A DNA stretch of 64,000 nt from a virus (IMGVR_UViG_3300021403_000007:495-64494); one strand, 5' to 3'. Numbered from the stretch's first letter, positions 48,837 to 59,050 are shown. Notes: generated from the sequence alone by a model not told the origin. Numbers and translations: made by a program.

Positions 48837-48916
48837 AATAATCGGGTTATACTGACACGCTGTAAAGATTTGTCAAGGATTTATTTTCACCCTTACTACA
48901 GGAGTAACAATCAACC

Positions 48917-50431
48917 ATGCGCCCCCACCAATATATGGGAGTCACCAGGAGTTTTAATTATAAAGCTCCACCCACAATAACACGGTTCATGCAATCAAAT
49001 TGTTTTGGGCGTCTTCTTTGTGGCCCCGTTGGGTCCGGTAAAACTACGGGTGCATTGGTAGACTTAACCCGAAGAATGAAAGAACAGATGGCAGCGTTTG
49101 AAGACCCGATACGTCCCAATAACCCAAGAAGGTTTACCCGTTATGCGATTATACGACAGACACTAAAACAATTAAAAGACACAGTACTTAAGGACGCTCT
49201 ATCGCGTTACGCCCTTATCGCTGATTGGCGGGTGTCTGAAAGTACTTTATACTTTAGGGAGGGCGATGTACATAGTGAGTGGTTATTTGTCCCCCTTGAC
49301 GAACCTGAAGATAAAAAACGACTTCTCTCAACCAATCTCACTGCCGCTTATGTAAACGAGTGTATTGAAATCGACCTTGATCTCCTTAGTGACATTGCAG
49401 GACGTTGTGGACGATACCCTAATGAAGAACTTGGTGTGCCAACGTGGAAGGGGATCATCTGTGACACGAACATGCCAGTCGAGCAGTCGCCCTGGGCAAG
49501 GTTCATCAAAAAGGGGCTCATAGGCGAAATCCCTGAATGGGAGATATTTCGGCAACCAGGAGGGCGACATGCTGATGCAGAAAACTTAGAGCATCTCGAA
49601 CAGACACCTGATACGGTGTTACTCCCAGAGTCAGACCCACGGCGTAGAGAGCAAGGAAGGAAATATTATGAACGACTCGTTGCAACAGGAACCACTGATT
49701 ACGTACGTCGATACGTTGATGCAGAGTTTGGACGCGATCCGGGTGGTTCAGCAGTGTTTGGAGAAAGCTTCAAATATGAGTTCCACGTTAGAGCAAGTCT
49801 TGTTCCTGTTGATGACCGAATGCTTATTATCGGGCAAGACTTTGGACGAAATCCTGGGGCAGTCATTACACAGCTTTCTAATCGAGGCCAATTACTCGTA
49901 CTCAAGGAAGTCCCGTCTACCTCCATTGGACTTAACCAACACATTGAGGAAAGACTTAAGCCCGTTTTGGCAACGCCGCGCTTCGCAGGAAGACGATTCG
50001 TCGTCGTAGGCGACCCAGCGGGGATTGCGCGTAGTAGTTTGTTTGAGTTGAATGAGTTCAACCTTTTACACTCAAAAGGTCTACCCGCAGTCCCTGCACC
50101 CTCCAATGACATTTATCGCCGTCTTGCCGCCGTAGAGAATTTCTTTTTGGGGAACGTGCGGGGTGAAGGGAAAATACTCATTGACGAGGGTGAGTGCCCT
50201 GTACTTGTAGAAGGACTACATGGGGCCTACCGGTTCCCCCGTAATAAGAATGACGTGGACCGTCCCCTGCCGGAAAAAGATACGCCTTGGTCGCACGTTC
50301 AGGACGCGCTGCAATATGCGTGCATGACGGCAGGGAGCACTGAGGCGTATTCGCAAGCTTACTCCCAGACCAAGCGGGCGCGTGACATCAAACCCCGTCG
50401 TGCAGCTTTTGACTCTAGAGCGTGGACTTAA
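48917..50431 (+). CDS. terL: Terminase large subunit
   Basis: Walker A GPVGSGKT, Walker B AYVNE, nuclease GQDFG..GDPAG..SHVQDALQY. Confidence 0.92.
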   Translation: MRPHQYMGVTRSFNYKAPPTITRFMQSNCFGRLLCGPVGSGKTTGALVDLTRRMKEQMAAFEDPIRPNNPRRFTRYAIIRQTLKQLKDTVLKDALSRYALIADWRVSESTLYFREGDVHSEWLFVPLDEPEDKKRLLSTNLTAAYVNECIEIDLDLLSDIAGRCGRYPNEELGVPTWKGIICDTNMPVEQSPWARFIKKGLIGEIPEWEIFRQPGGRHADAENLEHLEQTPDTVLLPESDPRRREQGRKYYERLVATGTTDYVRRYVDAEFGRDPGGSAVFGESFKYEFHVRASLVPVDDRMLIIGQDFGRNPGAVITQLSNRGQLLVLKEVPSTSIGLNQHIEERLKPVLATPRFAGRRFVVVGDPAGIARSSLFELNEFNLLHSKGLPAVPAPSNDIYRRLAAVENFFLGNVRGEGKILIDEGECPVLVEGLHGAYRFPRNKNDVDRPLPEKDTPWSHVQDALQYACMTAGSTEAYSQAYSQTKRARDIKPRRAAFDSRAWT

Positions 50432-50495
50432 CACGTTAACCCCTTCGGGGCCAATGGCGCGCGCAAAGCGCTGCACCCACTAAGAAAGAAAGATC

Positions 50496-51137
50496 ATGAA
50501 AGTAACAATTGAAGAAACACCAAAGAGCGCACAGGAGCTACAATGGGTGCGTAGGAGCAAACATAATCTTTTCGCACGAAGTGTTGATGGTGTACGCAAG
50601 TATCATATTATTGGTGAAGAGGATAGACATGGGATAATAGGTTGGCGGCTAGCTTGGCGTGAAAAACAAGGCGAACCAACTAAAGATAGTGCTGGTACGT
50701 TTATGAACCAATGGGAGGTACAAGAAATTGCACAACTCATTGAGAATGAACACGAAATAAACGAGGAAGAACTTGTTCAAATAGCGGCAGGGAATGCGGT
50801 TACTATTGGGGGTAACACTTGGAGATACTACGGGGTCCATGATAACAAGCGACTATGGATCGCCGTGGCACCTGATGAGCAAAGCGCCTACGTGGCCACA
50901 TGTGACTATGATGATCCAAAGAGGCGATGGGTTGTAACAAAGCGTACTTGGACAACATCTCTTAAAGAAGATGGTATGCAGACCCTTGTAATAAATCGTG
51001 TTGGCACCTACAAAGACTTACAAACAGCCAAGCGTTCAGCGGGTGCTCTAACTCCCCCTTCTAATACTCAAAGTTCCTCAAACTCGTCATTAACGAAGAC
51101 CGAAGACACTTCACCAAAAATATTACCCTCAGAGTAA
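50496..51137 (+). CDS. Hypothetical protein
   Basis: 213-aa ORF; overlaps the convergent gene at its 3' end. Confidence 0.65.
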   Translation: MKVTIEETPKSAQELQWVRRSKHNLFARSVDGVRKYHIIGEEDRHGIIGWRLAWREKQGEPTKDSAGTFMNQWEVQEIAQLIENEHEINEEELVQIAAGNAVTIGGNTWRYYGVHDNKRLWIAVAPDEQSAYVATCDYDDPKRRWVVTKRTWTTSLKEDGMQTLVINRVGTYKDLQTAKRSAGALTPPSNTQSSSNSSLTKTEDTSPKILPSE

Positions 51138-51595
51138 AGTTCACCTTCGATCATGGGAGCGCCAATAGAAATATTATCTTGAGCGCCATCAGAGTATGTA
51201 ATGTTCAAATTAAAAACATTACCCATTGACCCGCCACCTAGTGATCCCGCTGCTGGTTCCAGTGCGCCTAGCCCGGCTATTCTGGCTAACTCAGCTAAGG
51301 CTCTAACTTTCGCGCTAAGAGGCGCGTCGCTACTGTCTCTTGCCGCTCTAAAAATATGTATCATTAATTCTTCAACTATTGCTGCTGCATTTGCTTTAAC
51401 GCGTTTGGGGGTGTTATCTGCCCCCCTCCACTCAACTTTGCGCGCCGTCAGTGCCGCGTTAAAGCTAGGTATTGTTTTAAGGTAATCATATTCTTCTTGA
51501 GTTACTCCCGTGAGTTTTAATATTTCATCCTCTTCAAGGATATCTTTCGCCAATTCGTTGATCAGATTACGTATTTTTATTTCACTGAGGGTCAT
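51068..51595 (-). CDS. Hypothetical helical protein, possibly terminase small subunit
   Basis: HTH-like N-terminus, helical middle, FNLNI beta tail; lies between terL and portal. Confidence 0.5.
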   Translation of the reverse strand: MTLSEIKIRNLINELAKDILEEDEILKLTGVTQEEYDYLKTIPSFNAALTARKVEWRGADNTPKRVKANAAAIVEELMIHIFRAARDSSDAPLSAKVRALAELARIAGLGALEPAAGSLGGGSMGNVFNLNITYSDGAQDNISIGAPMIEGELYSEGNIFGEVSSVFVNDEFEEL

Positions 51596-51728
51596 AAAAA
51601 TACCTTATTTCTGCCACATTTCTGCCTTATTTTCGCCACAATTATCCCGCACAATTGTGTCGATTTTAAGGCGGATTTGCTCTCCACCCTAAAATAAATG
51701 GGGACCACCCATGTAGTTACTCCCATGA

Positions 51729-54146
51729 GTGGTCCCCGCTTCTTTACTCGATAAATATCGAGCGCTATCTCAAAACGCCCAATTAGTGAGTGAGCGCGAC
51801 TGTAGGAAGCGCGAACCACTAAAAGATACTCCAAGAGTAAAGAATGATCTGGTGCCAACTGGGGTCTTAAGGGTCGTCGGCGGGGCCGATACAACCCAGC
51901 AAGTACAGCGAGAGAACGCTGTCCGGGCTCAGAGCCAACTTCCCCCTGCTTCAGAGCTTACTGGGTTAGCCGGTTTTATCACTGACCAGTTTATCTTGAT
52001 GCGTCGGCACAGGGACAACACCTCTGCCGGTTGGTCGCACAGATTGTTGATGGCGCTTCGCGCCTTTAATGGTGTGTACGAGAACGACGTAATAGAACAA
52101 ATCAAAAAGTTTGGTGGGAGCCAAGTTTATGCTCGCATAATCGCAATGAAAGCGCGAGGGACAACTTCGTTATTAAGGGATGTTTATTTGGGGGCTGAAC
52201 GTCCCTGGGGGTTAGAGCCTTCGCCTGATCCCCAGGTTCCACCCGAGATAATGAGCGCGATCCAGCAACTTGTTAAAAGCGAAATACAAGGCGCGGTAAA
52301 AGCCCATCAAGATGCGACGCAGTTACAAGCCGCTCACTTGAGCGGCCTTAGTGCAATGCATGAGCAGAATGCAAACCAACCAGCAGTAGCCCATGCGCAA
52401 GCGCCCCAAGCTCCACCGCCTCCCCAACCCTTACCTGATGCAAACGCGATACGCGATAGATTCACCGAACTTGAGACTGCTGCGCGAGATGCAGCAAAGC
52501 GTAACGCTGCTAAGAAAGCAAAAATTGCAGAAGATAAAATACAGGAGATACTTGCTCAAGGTGGCTTCTATACTGCTTTTGCTGAATTCCTCGTTGATTT
52601 ACCTATATTTCCTTATGCGGTAATTAAAGGTCCGGTAGTAAGAATTAAGACCAGTGTTGACTGGCAGCGCGACCCAGTTACTCTTAAGAGTACTGCACAA
52701 ACTACACAAAAACCTATTTTATGTTGGGAGCGTGTCAGCCCCTTTGATATCTACTGGACACCTGGGGTTGCGGATATTGGCGACGCCAATATCATTGAGC
52801 GCTCTAGGTTAACCCGGAAAGAACTCAATGACCTCCTCGACCTGCCGGGTTATGATCAAGCAGCAGTACGGGCTGTCTTGGACGACTATGGACGTGGTGG
52901 ACTGGTTGACAACTGGGATCAAACCGATGCCGAGCGGGCCATTTTGGAGTCGCGAGAAAATCCCAGGTTTAATCAGAGTGGACTTATTGCATGTCTCCAA
53001 TTTAGTGGTTGGGCACAAGGTAAAAGTTTGCTTGACGCAGGTTTGCCTCCAGCGATGATTAGCGATGCGACGCGTGATTATTTCATTGAAGCTTGGCTGA
53101 TAGGGCGCTATGTTATCAAAGTTCAACTTTCCCCGTCGCCGAGGAAACGTCATCAATATTACGTTACCTCTTTTGAAAAAGTTCCGGGCACTGTCGTTGG
53201 GAACGGACTCCCAGACTTACTCGCTGATATTAGTACCGTGGCGAATGCCACTTTACGAGCACTTGTTAATAATCTTAGTATTGCAAGCGGACCTCAAGTT
53301 GTCGTCAGTGACGACCGACTCGCAGACGGGGAGGATGGTGAAGACTTATATCCATGGAAACGTTGGCATGTCAAGTCTGATCCATTTGGTAATAACACTC
53401 AGGCGGCGATCACGTTCTGGCAACCCCAGGCTAACTCTCAAGAGTTAATGTCGGTTTACACAGCTTTTAGTACATTGGCCGACGAGATGTCCGCTATACC
53501 AAAGTTTGTGCAAGGTATGCCAGGGGCAGGGCCGACCGGTCGCACAGCTTCTGGGTTGGCGATGTTGATGCAGAACGCTGCAAAGATTCTTCAAACGGTA
53601 GCGTCGAATATTGATCGGGATGTGGTTGAGGGCTTACTAACAAACCTTTTAGATATGATTATGCTCACTGATACTTCGGGGTTACTTGATGGGCAAGAGG
53701 AAGTTAGAATATTGGGTGTCAACGTTGCGATGGCGAAAGAGGCCCAAATTCAGCGCGAGCTTGAGTTTCTGCAAATCACCGCCAACCCGATTGATATGCA
53801 AATCATCGGACCCAAAGGTCGTGCCATTGTTCTTAAACAGGTCGCCGATCATCTCAACATTCCCGGTGCTGATATTGTTCCGTCCGAAGAAGAGCTTGAC
53901 GATCAGCAAAAGATGCAACAAGCGGCAGCGGCGGGTGCAGCACAGGGGCAACAGGCTTCTGGAAACACCCAACTTGCTGGACAACACGCCCAAAACGCTA
54001 GACAGGCTCAGGGGCAACAAGCACCTCGACCCGCTCAAGGCGGTCCACAGCTAAACACACAACACCCAGCAGCGGCAGGGCCGCCAGCGGGTACAGGTCC
54101 AAACGTTCAAGGCATGACTACGCCTCAAGCTAGTCCAGGAGAGTAG
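51729..54146 (+). CDS. Portal protein (true start possibly GTG 51852)
   Basis: Size and position; WERVSPFDIY, GNGLPDLL..Q..N, RTASGLAMLM motifs; Gln-rich tail. Confidence 0.88.
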   Translation: MVPASLLDKYRALSQNAQLVSERDCRKREPLKDTPRVKNDLVPTGVLRVVGGADTTQQVQRENAVRAQSQLPPASELTGLAGFITDQFILMRRHRDNTSAGWSHRLLMALRAFNGVYENDVIEQIKKFGGSQVYARIIAMKARGTTSLLRDVYLGAERPWGLEPSPDPQVPPEIMSAIQQLVKSEIQGAVKAHQDATQLQAAHLSGLSAMHEQNANQPAVAHAQAPQAPPPPQPLPDANAIRDRFTELETAARDAAKRNAAKKAKIAEDKIQEILAQGGFYTAFAEFLVDLPIFPYAVIKGPVVRIKTSVDWQRDPVTLKSTAQTTQKPILCWERVSPFDIYWTPGVADIGDANIIERSRLTRKELNDLLDLPGYDQAAVRAVLDDYGRGGLVDNWDQTDAERAILESRENPRFNQSGLIACLQFSGWAQGKSLLDAGLPPAMISDATRDYFIEAWLIGRYVIKVQLSPSPRKRHQYYVTSFEKVPGTVVGNGLPDLLADISTVANATLRALVNNLSIASGPQVVVSDDRLADGEDGEDLYPWKRWHVKSDPFGNNTQAAITFWQPQANSQELMSVYTAFSTLADEMSAIPKFVQGMPGAGPTGRTASGLAMLMQNAAKILQTVASNIDRDVVEGLLTNLLDMIMLTDTSGLLDGQEEVRILGVNVAMAKEAQIQRELEFLQITANPIDMQIIGPKGRAIVLKQVADHLNIPGADIVPSEEELDDQQKMQQAAAAGAAQGQQASGNTQLAGQHAQNARQAQGQQAPRPAQGGPQLNTQHPAAAGPPAGTGPNVQGMTTPQASPGE

Positions 54147-54157
54147 GAGCGACTACA

Positions 54158-54376
54158 ATGGCTACTAGTGAAGAACTTCGTATGGAGAGTGAACGGGTTG
54201 AAGCACAAGCGCGACAAACGCTGACTGACATGAAAGCAAGACTGGAATCGCTTGCTACAGAAGTGGAAACACTTTTGCAGGCGTTTACGGCTTGGGAAGA
54301 AAACTATACTAGAGATCAGGAGAGACGAGCCCAAGAAAGACATCCCCAACACCCCGATACAAAACCCAGAAGGTAG
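54158..54376 (+). CDS. Hypothetical coiled-coil protein
   Basis: AGGAG RBS. Confidence 0.65.
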   Translation: MATSEELRMESERVEAQARQTLTDMKARLESLATEVETLLQAFTAWEENYTRDQERRAQERHPQHPDTKPRR

Positions 54377-54451
54377 GGTTTTTACTTTTTAGTGGTTCGT
54401 CCTAGCGCAAGCGCAGACGAACGTTACTACTGGAGTAACAGGAGAGCGATA

Positions 54452-54739
54452 ATGCCAAAGCGAACTGGGATGTTAGGGGCAGGATCAAGGGCGATGGGGG
54501 GTGGGGGTAAGAAGCCCAACATCCCCAGGACCACGATGATGGGCACGCCTCCTGCCCCTGGTAGTCCTGGTGGTATGCCAACTGGTCCAGGTGCAATGGG
54601 TAGGAGGGCTGCACCCGGTGCTGGCATGGCTCCTGGCGGTGCCAGTGGGATTGGGGGGTTTAAAAAGGGCGGCCATGTAGGGAAAGAGAAAAAAGAAGAA
54701 ATGCGGGAGAAAAAAGACCGCCGCCACGAAAAGAAATAG
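54452..54739 (+). CDS. Small Gly/Met/Lys-rich basic protein
   Basis: RBS AGGAGAG before ATG 54452; GFKKGGHV motif. Confidence 0.65.
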   Translation: MPKRTGMLGAGSRAMGGGGKKPNIPRTTMMGTPPAPGSPGGMPTGPGAMGRRAAPGAGMAPGGASGIGGFKKGGHVGKEKKEEMREKKDRRHEKK

Positions 54740-54748
54740 GAGAGCTAA

Positions 54749-54931
54749 ATGGCAAAGGTTGCTGGCCGCACGACACACGGCATGAAAGGGAAAGAGTGGC
54801 CCGCTGAGAAGGGCATGACTGTCCATGCCAGCGGACACCGTGGCAAGGTGAAGGGTGGCGGCCTTGACCCTATTTCGTCCAAGACTTCCAACGCAAAGGG
54901 TCGAGTCCCAATGCACAAGAAGGCGACTTAA
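54749..54931 (+). CDS. Small basic protein
   Basis: RBS AGGAGAG. Confidence 0.65.
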   Translation: MAKVAGRTTHGMKGKEWPAEKGMTVHASGHRGKVKGGGLDPISSKTSNAKGRVPMHKKAT

Positions 54932-55066
54932 GTGGCAAAAGCGGTGCCTGGGGTTACAACGCAAAACCTTAAAACCAAAGCACCGCACAAGCACGACCCG
55001 CTTCCGACAGTTCCAAAGAAAGTTCCCAAACTGAGCAAGGTGAAAACGAAATGGCCAAAGTCATAA
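54932..55066 (+). CDS. Small Lys/Pro-rich protein, 44 aa
   Basis: Manual translation from the GTG directly after the upstream stop: (M)AKAVPGVTTQNLKTKAPHKHDPLP... Confidence 0.5.
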   Translation: MAKAVPGVTTQNLKTKAPHKHDPLPTVPKKVPKLSKVKTKWPKS

Positions 55067-55284
55067 AGAAGTCTGAAGACCCTGGGTTTTTTGCCCATGG
55101 GGGTAAGACGAAAATGTTTGGCAAGGGCTCTGCTGGTCCGGCCAAAGCAGCGATCTCTGGTAAGGAGAGTAATGACCTTGGCGGCGGTGAATGGGCCAAG
55201 GGTGGTTCCCAACATATGTTTGGGAAGGGCTCGGCTGGCCAGAAAACTCCCGGAGTAAGCGGGAAGGAATCGCAAGTCGGGTGA
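55051..55284 (+). CDS. Small basic protein with an internal tandem duplication
   Basis: Two copies of [FW]AxGGxxxMFGKGSAGxxxxxxSGKES. Confidence 0.7.
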   Translation: MAKVIKKSEDPGFFAHGGKTKMFGKGSAGPAKAAISGKESNDLGGGEWAKGGSQHMFGKGSAGQKTPGVSGKESQVG

Positions 55285-55325
55285 GCGTTTACGCGAACAC
55301 GCGAAACGCATAAAGGATAACGCTC

Positions 55326-55844
55326 ATGTCCATAACCTACGTCGATATCGACTATAGTGGACGGGTTGCTGCAATCATCGCCGTAGGTACGGCGTTGGGG
55401 GCTCCTGCTAACCTTATGCCTGCTCCGTGGGCGTCACCGGGAGAGTTTTTGTGCCTCCAATACATAAATAACCTTCGGGTGTTTATGGGAGAAGCCCCGC
55501 TCACCAATCTCGACTATACCGGGTTTCAGGCTGCGCTGAATGCGCTTTCAGCTATGGCACCTGCACCACCTGCTACGCCAGTAGTGACACCTGGACAAAC
55601 TTTCAACATCACTCTGCCGGTAGCAACGAACCAGATTATTGGTTCGGTAGCCGCTAGTAACAGTCCAACAGCTTTTGCCATCAATCCCCCTAATACTTTT
55701 TTCGCCATTAGCAATGCTGGACAGCTTACGGTGACGGCGTTGGGTGCGGCAGGGATTGCGGCGGGAATGACGAACATAATGGTCGAAGCTACCAATGCAG
55801 GTGGCACCAGTCCAGCGGTGAATGTAGGTATATCTGCTGCTTGA
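55326..55844 (+). CDS. Putative capsid decoration protein with cadherin/Ig-like C-terminal domain
   Basis: GQTFNI...IGSVAA...FAISNAGQLTV...VEATN. Confidence 0.6.
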   Translation: MSITYVDIDYSGRVAAIIAVGTALGAPANLMPAPWASPGEFLCLQYINNLRVFMGEAPLTNLDYTGFQAALNALSAMAPAPPATPVVTPGQTFNITLPVATNQIIGSVAASNSPTAFAINPPNTFFAISNAGQLTVTALGAAGIAAGMTNIMVEATNAGGTSPAVNVGISAA

Positions 55845-55865
55845 ACATAATACTATGAGAGTAAA

Positions 55866-56246
55866 GTGGTGGTTGCGCATACAAATATACCCTACCAGTT
55901 CGATGTCACGAACACGACCAACGTCGTGAATATACTTGTGGAAAAGATCATCGAATTGGCTACGGACAACGGCCTCATCCTGCCGGATGAAGTACGGCCT
56001 TTTACGCGTGTTGACTTGGCTGAAGTCGCCGATGCCATGCGGAAAGTTGCCGACTGGCAAACACTTGTTGTGAACAGGTTAGGGTTGTCACCTCGATTAA
56101 TTCCAAGAGTTTACGAACAATGCGATTATGGTTCGATTATTTCATATGCAGGGTACTATGGTGATAAAATGAACGCGATTATTGATGAACTCCAAACACA
56201 GGACTCGTCAATAGCTTATGACGTACCAAAAGAGAAGGTTTACTAA
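55866..56246 (+). CDS. Hypothetical protein
   Basis: Operon continuity. Confidence 0.65.
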   Translation: MVVAHTNIPYQFDVTNTTNVVNILVEKIIELATDNGLILPDEVRPFTRVDLAEVADAMRKVADWQTLVVNRLGLSPRLIPRVYEQCDYGSIISYAGYYGDKMNAIIDELQTQDSSIAYDVPKEKVY

Positions 56247-56247
56247 A

Positions 56248-56532
56248 ATGGATCGAATTAAAAAGGGTGATTCGAAGCCACGATGGTACGACAAACCGGA
56301 AGATGATTTCGATAAACATGAATGCCCGGACAGCGGTGGATGTTACCAAGAGCTTTCTACATTGGGGGCATTCGCTGAATGTGTTGATGGATCGCGTGAC
56401 AAGCGTCTCCATGAACGCGACTACTGCAAGGAGTCACTCAAGAACAATCGAGAGGATGAAGGTTTGGTAATTAAACCCGACACCAGTGGACCGCCGTTCA
56501 CGAATGTCTCTCGTCCCCATCGGGTAATGTAA
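56248..56532 (+). CDS. Hypothetical protein
   Basis: ATG at 56248 after the upstream stop (track start 56218). Confidence 0.6.
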   Translation: MDRIKKGDSKPRWYDKPEDDFDKHECPDSGGCYQELSTLGAFAECVDGSRDKRLHERDYCKESLKNNREDEGLVIKPDTSGPPFTNVSRPHRVM

Positions 56533-56533
56533 C

Positions 56534-56779
56534 TTGCACGCGACAGAAGGTTTTTTAATTAAAGAAGCGTACACTCTATCAAAGTTGAACGTGGAACAAT
56601 GGCAAAAGTTTTTAACCGCATTAGACCTTTATACTCGACACCGGATAGAGCGTGGGGTCAGTGCTCCAACTTCGGAGTTGCATGTTACAGTCGGTATGGC
56701 TAGACAAGCATTAGAGTTTATTTCGCTGATGCGTGGGTTAGATGAGGCGTACGAGAAAATAAGAAAGCAAAATGGCTGA
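56534..56779 (+). CDS. Hypothetical small helical protein before the scaffold
   Basis: TTG start; typical pre-scaffold position. Confidence 0.6.
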   Translation: MHATEGFLIKEAYTLSKLNVEQWQKFLTALDLYTRHRIERGVSAPTSELHVTVGMARQALEFISLMRGLDEAYEKIRKQNG

Positions 56780-57953
56780 CAACGTTCAAACAAAACCGAC
56801 AAAAACTCCTGACCCTGGCGTTAGGCTGCCAGAAGCCGTTATGCGGGCAGCGGCACGGGCGAACGAATTAGCTGAACAGCAACGTGTTAACACACAAAGT
56901 CAGCCTCAATCTAATGTTCAAATGTCATTCGCTGACGTGAACTCTCCTACACCCCCTGTCGCTGAACGCCCACAGACCAACCCTTTACTAGCGACAAGAC
57001 AACCGGCTCCTGCTCCTACTCCCCAACCTACCCCTCAACCTACTCCCCAGAGTAACGGGCAAGCCAAACAATATTCTGAAGATGAATTCCGAGCAATGGT
57101 CGGGCGTTACGAGAAATCACAGAAAGAAAACCAAAACCTTGTTAGTCGCGTCAATGAAATGCAGCGACTACTTGCAACTGTTCAATCGCCTCCCAACAAT
57201 CAAGTTGGTCGAGGCGACGTAACATTTAATACACCCATTGCACCACGAAAGTATATCACTCCCCAAGACGAGAAAGAATGGAGTGTTGAGTTAATCGATA
57301 TGGCTCGCCGTGCCGCTAAAGAAGTGGCAGAACAAGAATTGGCACCTGTGCGCAACGAGATTGGCGCGGTTCGTCAATCATTGGGTAATGTTCAGAGTCA
57401 TGTTGCGTTGGATGCACGCGGACAAGTCTATCAGCGGCTTGAGAGTGAATTTGGTGCTGATTGGGATGCTACGATAAATCGTGATCCTGAGTTTTTAAAT
57501 TGGTTGGGTCAGATTGACCCTATGACTGGGCTTCAGCGAAAGAATATCTTGCAACATGCTTTCGAACAAGGAGAAGCGTCTCGCGTAGTAGCAACGTTTA
57601 AGAGGTATCAGGCGGAACAGTTGGCGGCTTCGAGTCCCGTACAGACTGGAAGATCATCGCCGGGCAACGGGGCAGAAAGCCCTGAGAGTGGTACACAATT
57701 CGCGAATGTGGCCCACTCTCGGAGTAATCCTGCAACCACCCCGGCGGTCGATCTTGCAAGTCTTGCGGCACCAGGCCGAGCGCGTCCGGGGCAGACACAA
57801 GCTCCCCCCGATAAGCCTATAATAACGGGTGCGGAGATTGCGCAATTCTACTCGGACGTCACTAAGGGTAAATACAAGGGCCATGAAGAACTTCAAGCCC
57901 AAGTAGAAGCCCAAATCAGTGAAGCATCGAGAGAAGGACGCATTCGCCGCTAA
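56772..57953 (+). CDS. Capsid scaffolding protein
   Basis: Coiled coil; DPEFLNWL; C-terminal EAQISEASREGRIR; directly before the MCP. Confidence 0.75.
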   Translation: MADNVQTKPTKTPDPGVRLPEAVMRAAARANELAEQQRVNTQSQPQSNVQMSFADVNSPTPPVAERPQTNPLLATRQPAPAPTPQPTPQPTPQSNGQAKQYSEDEFRAMVGRYEKSQKENQNLVSRVNEMQRLLATVQSPPNNQVGRGDVTFNTPIAPRKYITPQDEKEWSVELIDMARRAAKEVAEQELAPVRNEIGAVRQSLGNVQSHVALDARGQVYQRLESEFGADWDATINRDPEFLNWLGQIDPMTGLQRKNILQHAFEQGEASRVVATFKRYQAEQLAASSPVQTGRSSPGNGAESPESGTQFANVAHSRSNPATTPAVDLASLAAPGRARPGQTQAPPDKPIITGAEIAQFYSDVTKGKYKGHEELQAQVEAQISEASREGRIRR

Positions 57954-58015
57954 GTTTAATCGTGGTTCACACTTCCTAAAGTTGTGTGAATTACTTGGCT
58001 TAACGGAGAAGAACT

Positions 58016-59050
58016 ATGGCTCTCGGTCTTGCTAGTGGCGCAACACAACCGCCACTTTATCCTGCTGGTTCGATTAATCCCGACTATGTAGCTGCTGGTT
58101 TTGTTCCTGAAATTTGGTCCGGCAAGCTCATTGAAAAGTTCTACGCCGCCACGGTTTTAGCGGCGATCACAAATACCGACTACGAAGGCGAGATCAAATC
58201 TTACGGCGACCGTGTTCGTATTCGTACCAAACCAACTATCACCATCAATGATTACCTGATTGGCGGTGATTTGACGCTTCAGCGTCCTGTTGGTGGTCAG
58301 ACGGAACTCACCATCGATCAAGGCAAGTATTTCGCGACCATCCTTGACGATGTGATCGAGAAACAATCCGACATCAACAATCTCTCGTTGTGGGCGGACG
58401 ACGCGTCTGAACAAATGAAAATCGCGGTCGATACTGACGTGCTTAACTGGATGCACTCGGGTAACGCCGGTGGCACTCCATGGGCAGATTCGAACAATCG
58501 TGGTATCGCTGCTGGTATTATTTCCGGCAACATTAATCTGGGAGTAACCGGCACGCCTGTTGGCACCGTCGGTCGCAACCCGGCAGTTGGTCAAGTCGAG
58601 ATGATCGACTTGTTGTTGAGGCTGGGGCAAGCACTTGACGAGCAAAATATCCCTGAAACTGGGCGCTGGGTTGTTATGCCCACCTGGGCTGCGTTCCAGA
58701 TCAAACGTTCAGAATTGCGTGAAGTGTTCTTGTCAGGTGATCAGATCAGTATTCTTCGCAATGGCCGGTTTGGTCAGGTGGATCGTTTTACGATCTATTC
58801 GTCTAACCTTCTTCCTAGCGGCCCTGCTGGTTCTGCTGGACTGGCTCCTACAGAGTGGGTGATCTACGCCGGTCATGCCCACGGCTTAACGTTTGCATCA
58901 CAACTCACAAACGTGGAGACACTTCGTTCTGAACGTACGTTCGGTCAAATCTTGCGTGGACTGCAAGTTTACGGCAGAATGGGCCTTCCTGCCCCTCCCC
59001 TGGGGGTTGTTGCGCTTGCCGAAGCAATCGTGGTTCAAGCAGGTCCGTAA
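58016..59050 (+). CDS. Major capsid protein (P22-coat-like, HK97 fold)
   Basis: FVPEIWSGKL, NTDYEGEI..GDRVRI, RGLQVYG. Confidence 0.9.
   Translation: MALGLASGATQPPLYPAGSINPDYVAAGFVPEIWSGKLIEKFYAATVLAAITNTDYEGEIKSYGDRVRIRTKPTITINDYLIGGDLTLQRPVGGQTELTIDQGKYFATILDDVIEKQSDINNLSLWADDASEQMKIAVDTDVLNWMHSGNAGGTPWADSNNRGIAAGIISGNINLGVTGTPVGTVGRNPAVGQVEMIDLLLRLGQALDEQNIPETGRWVVMPTWAAFQIKRSELREVFLSGDQISILRNGRFGQVDRFTIYSSNLLPSGPAGSAGLAPTEWVIYAGHAHGLTFASQLTNVETLRSERTFGQILRGLQVYGRMGLPAPPLGVVALAEAIVVQAGP

Noticed and set aside
46800-48900. tRNA, tmRNA or RNase P genes
   Set aside because: No cloverleaf with a T-loop, and no recognisable conserved cores on either strand.
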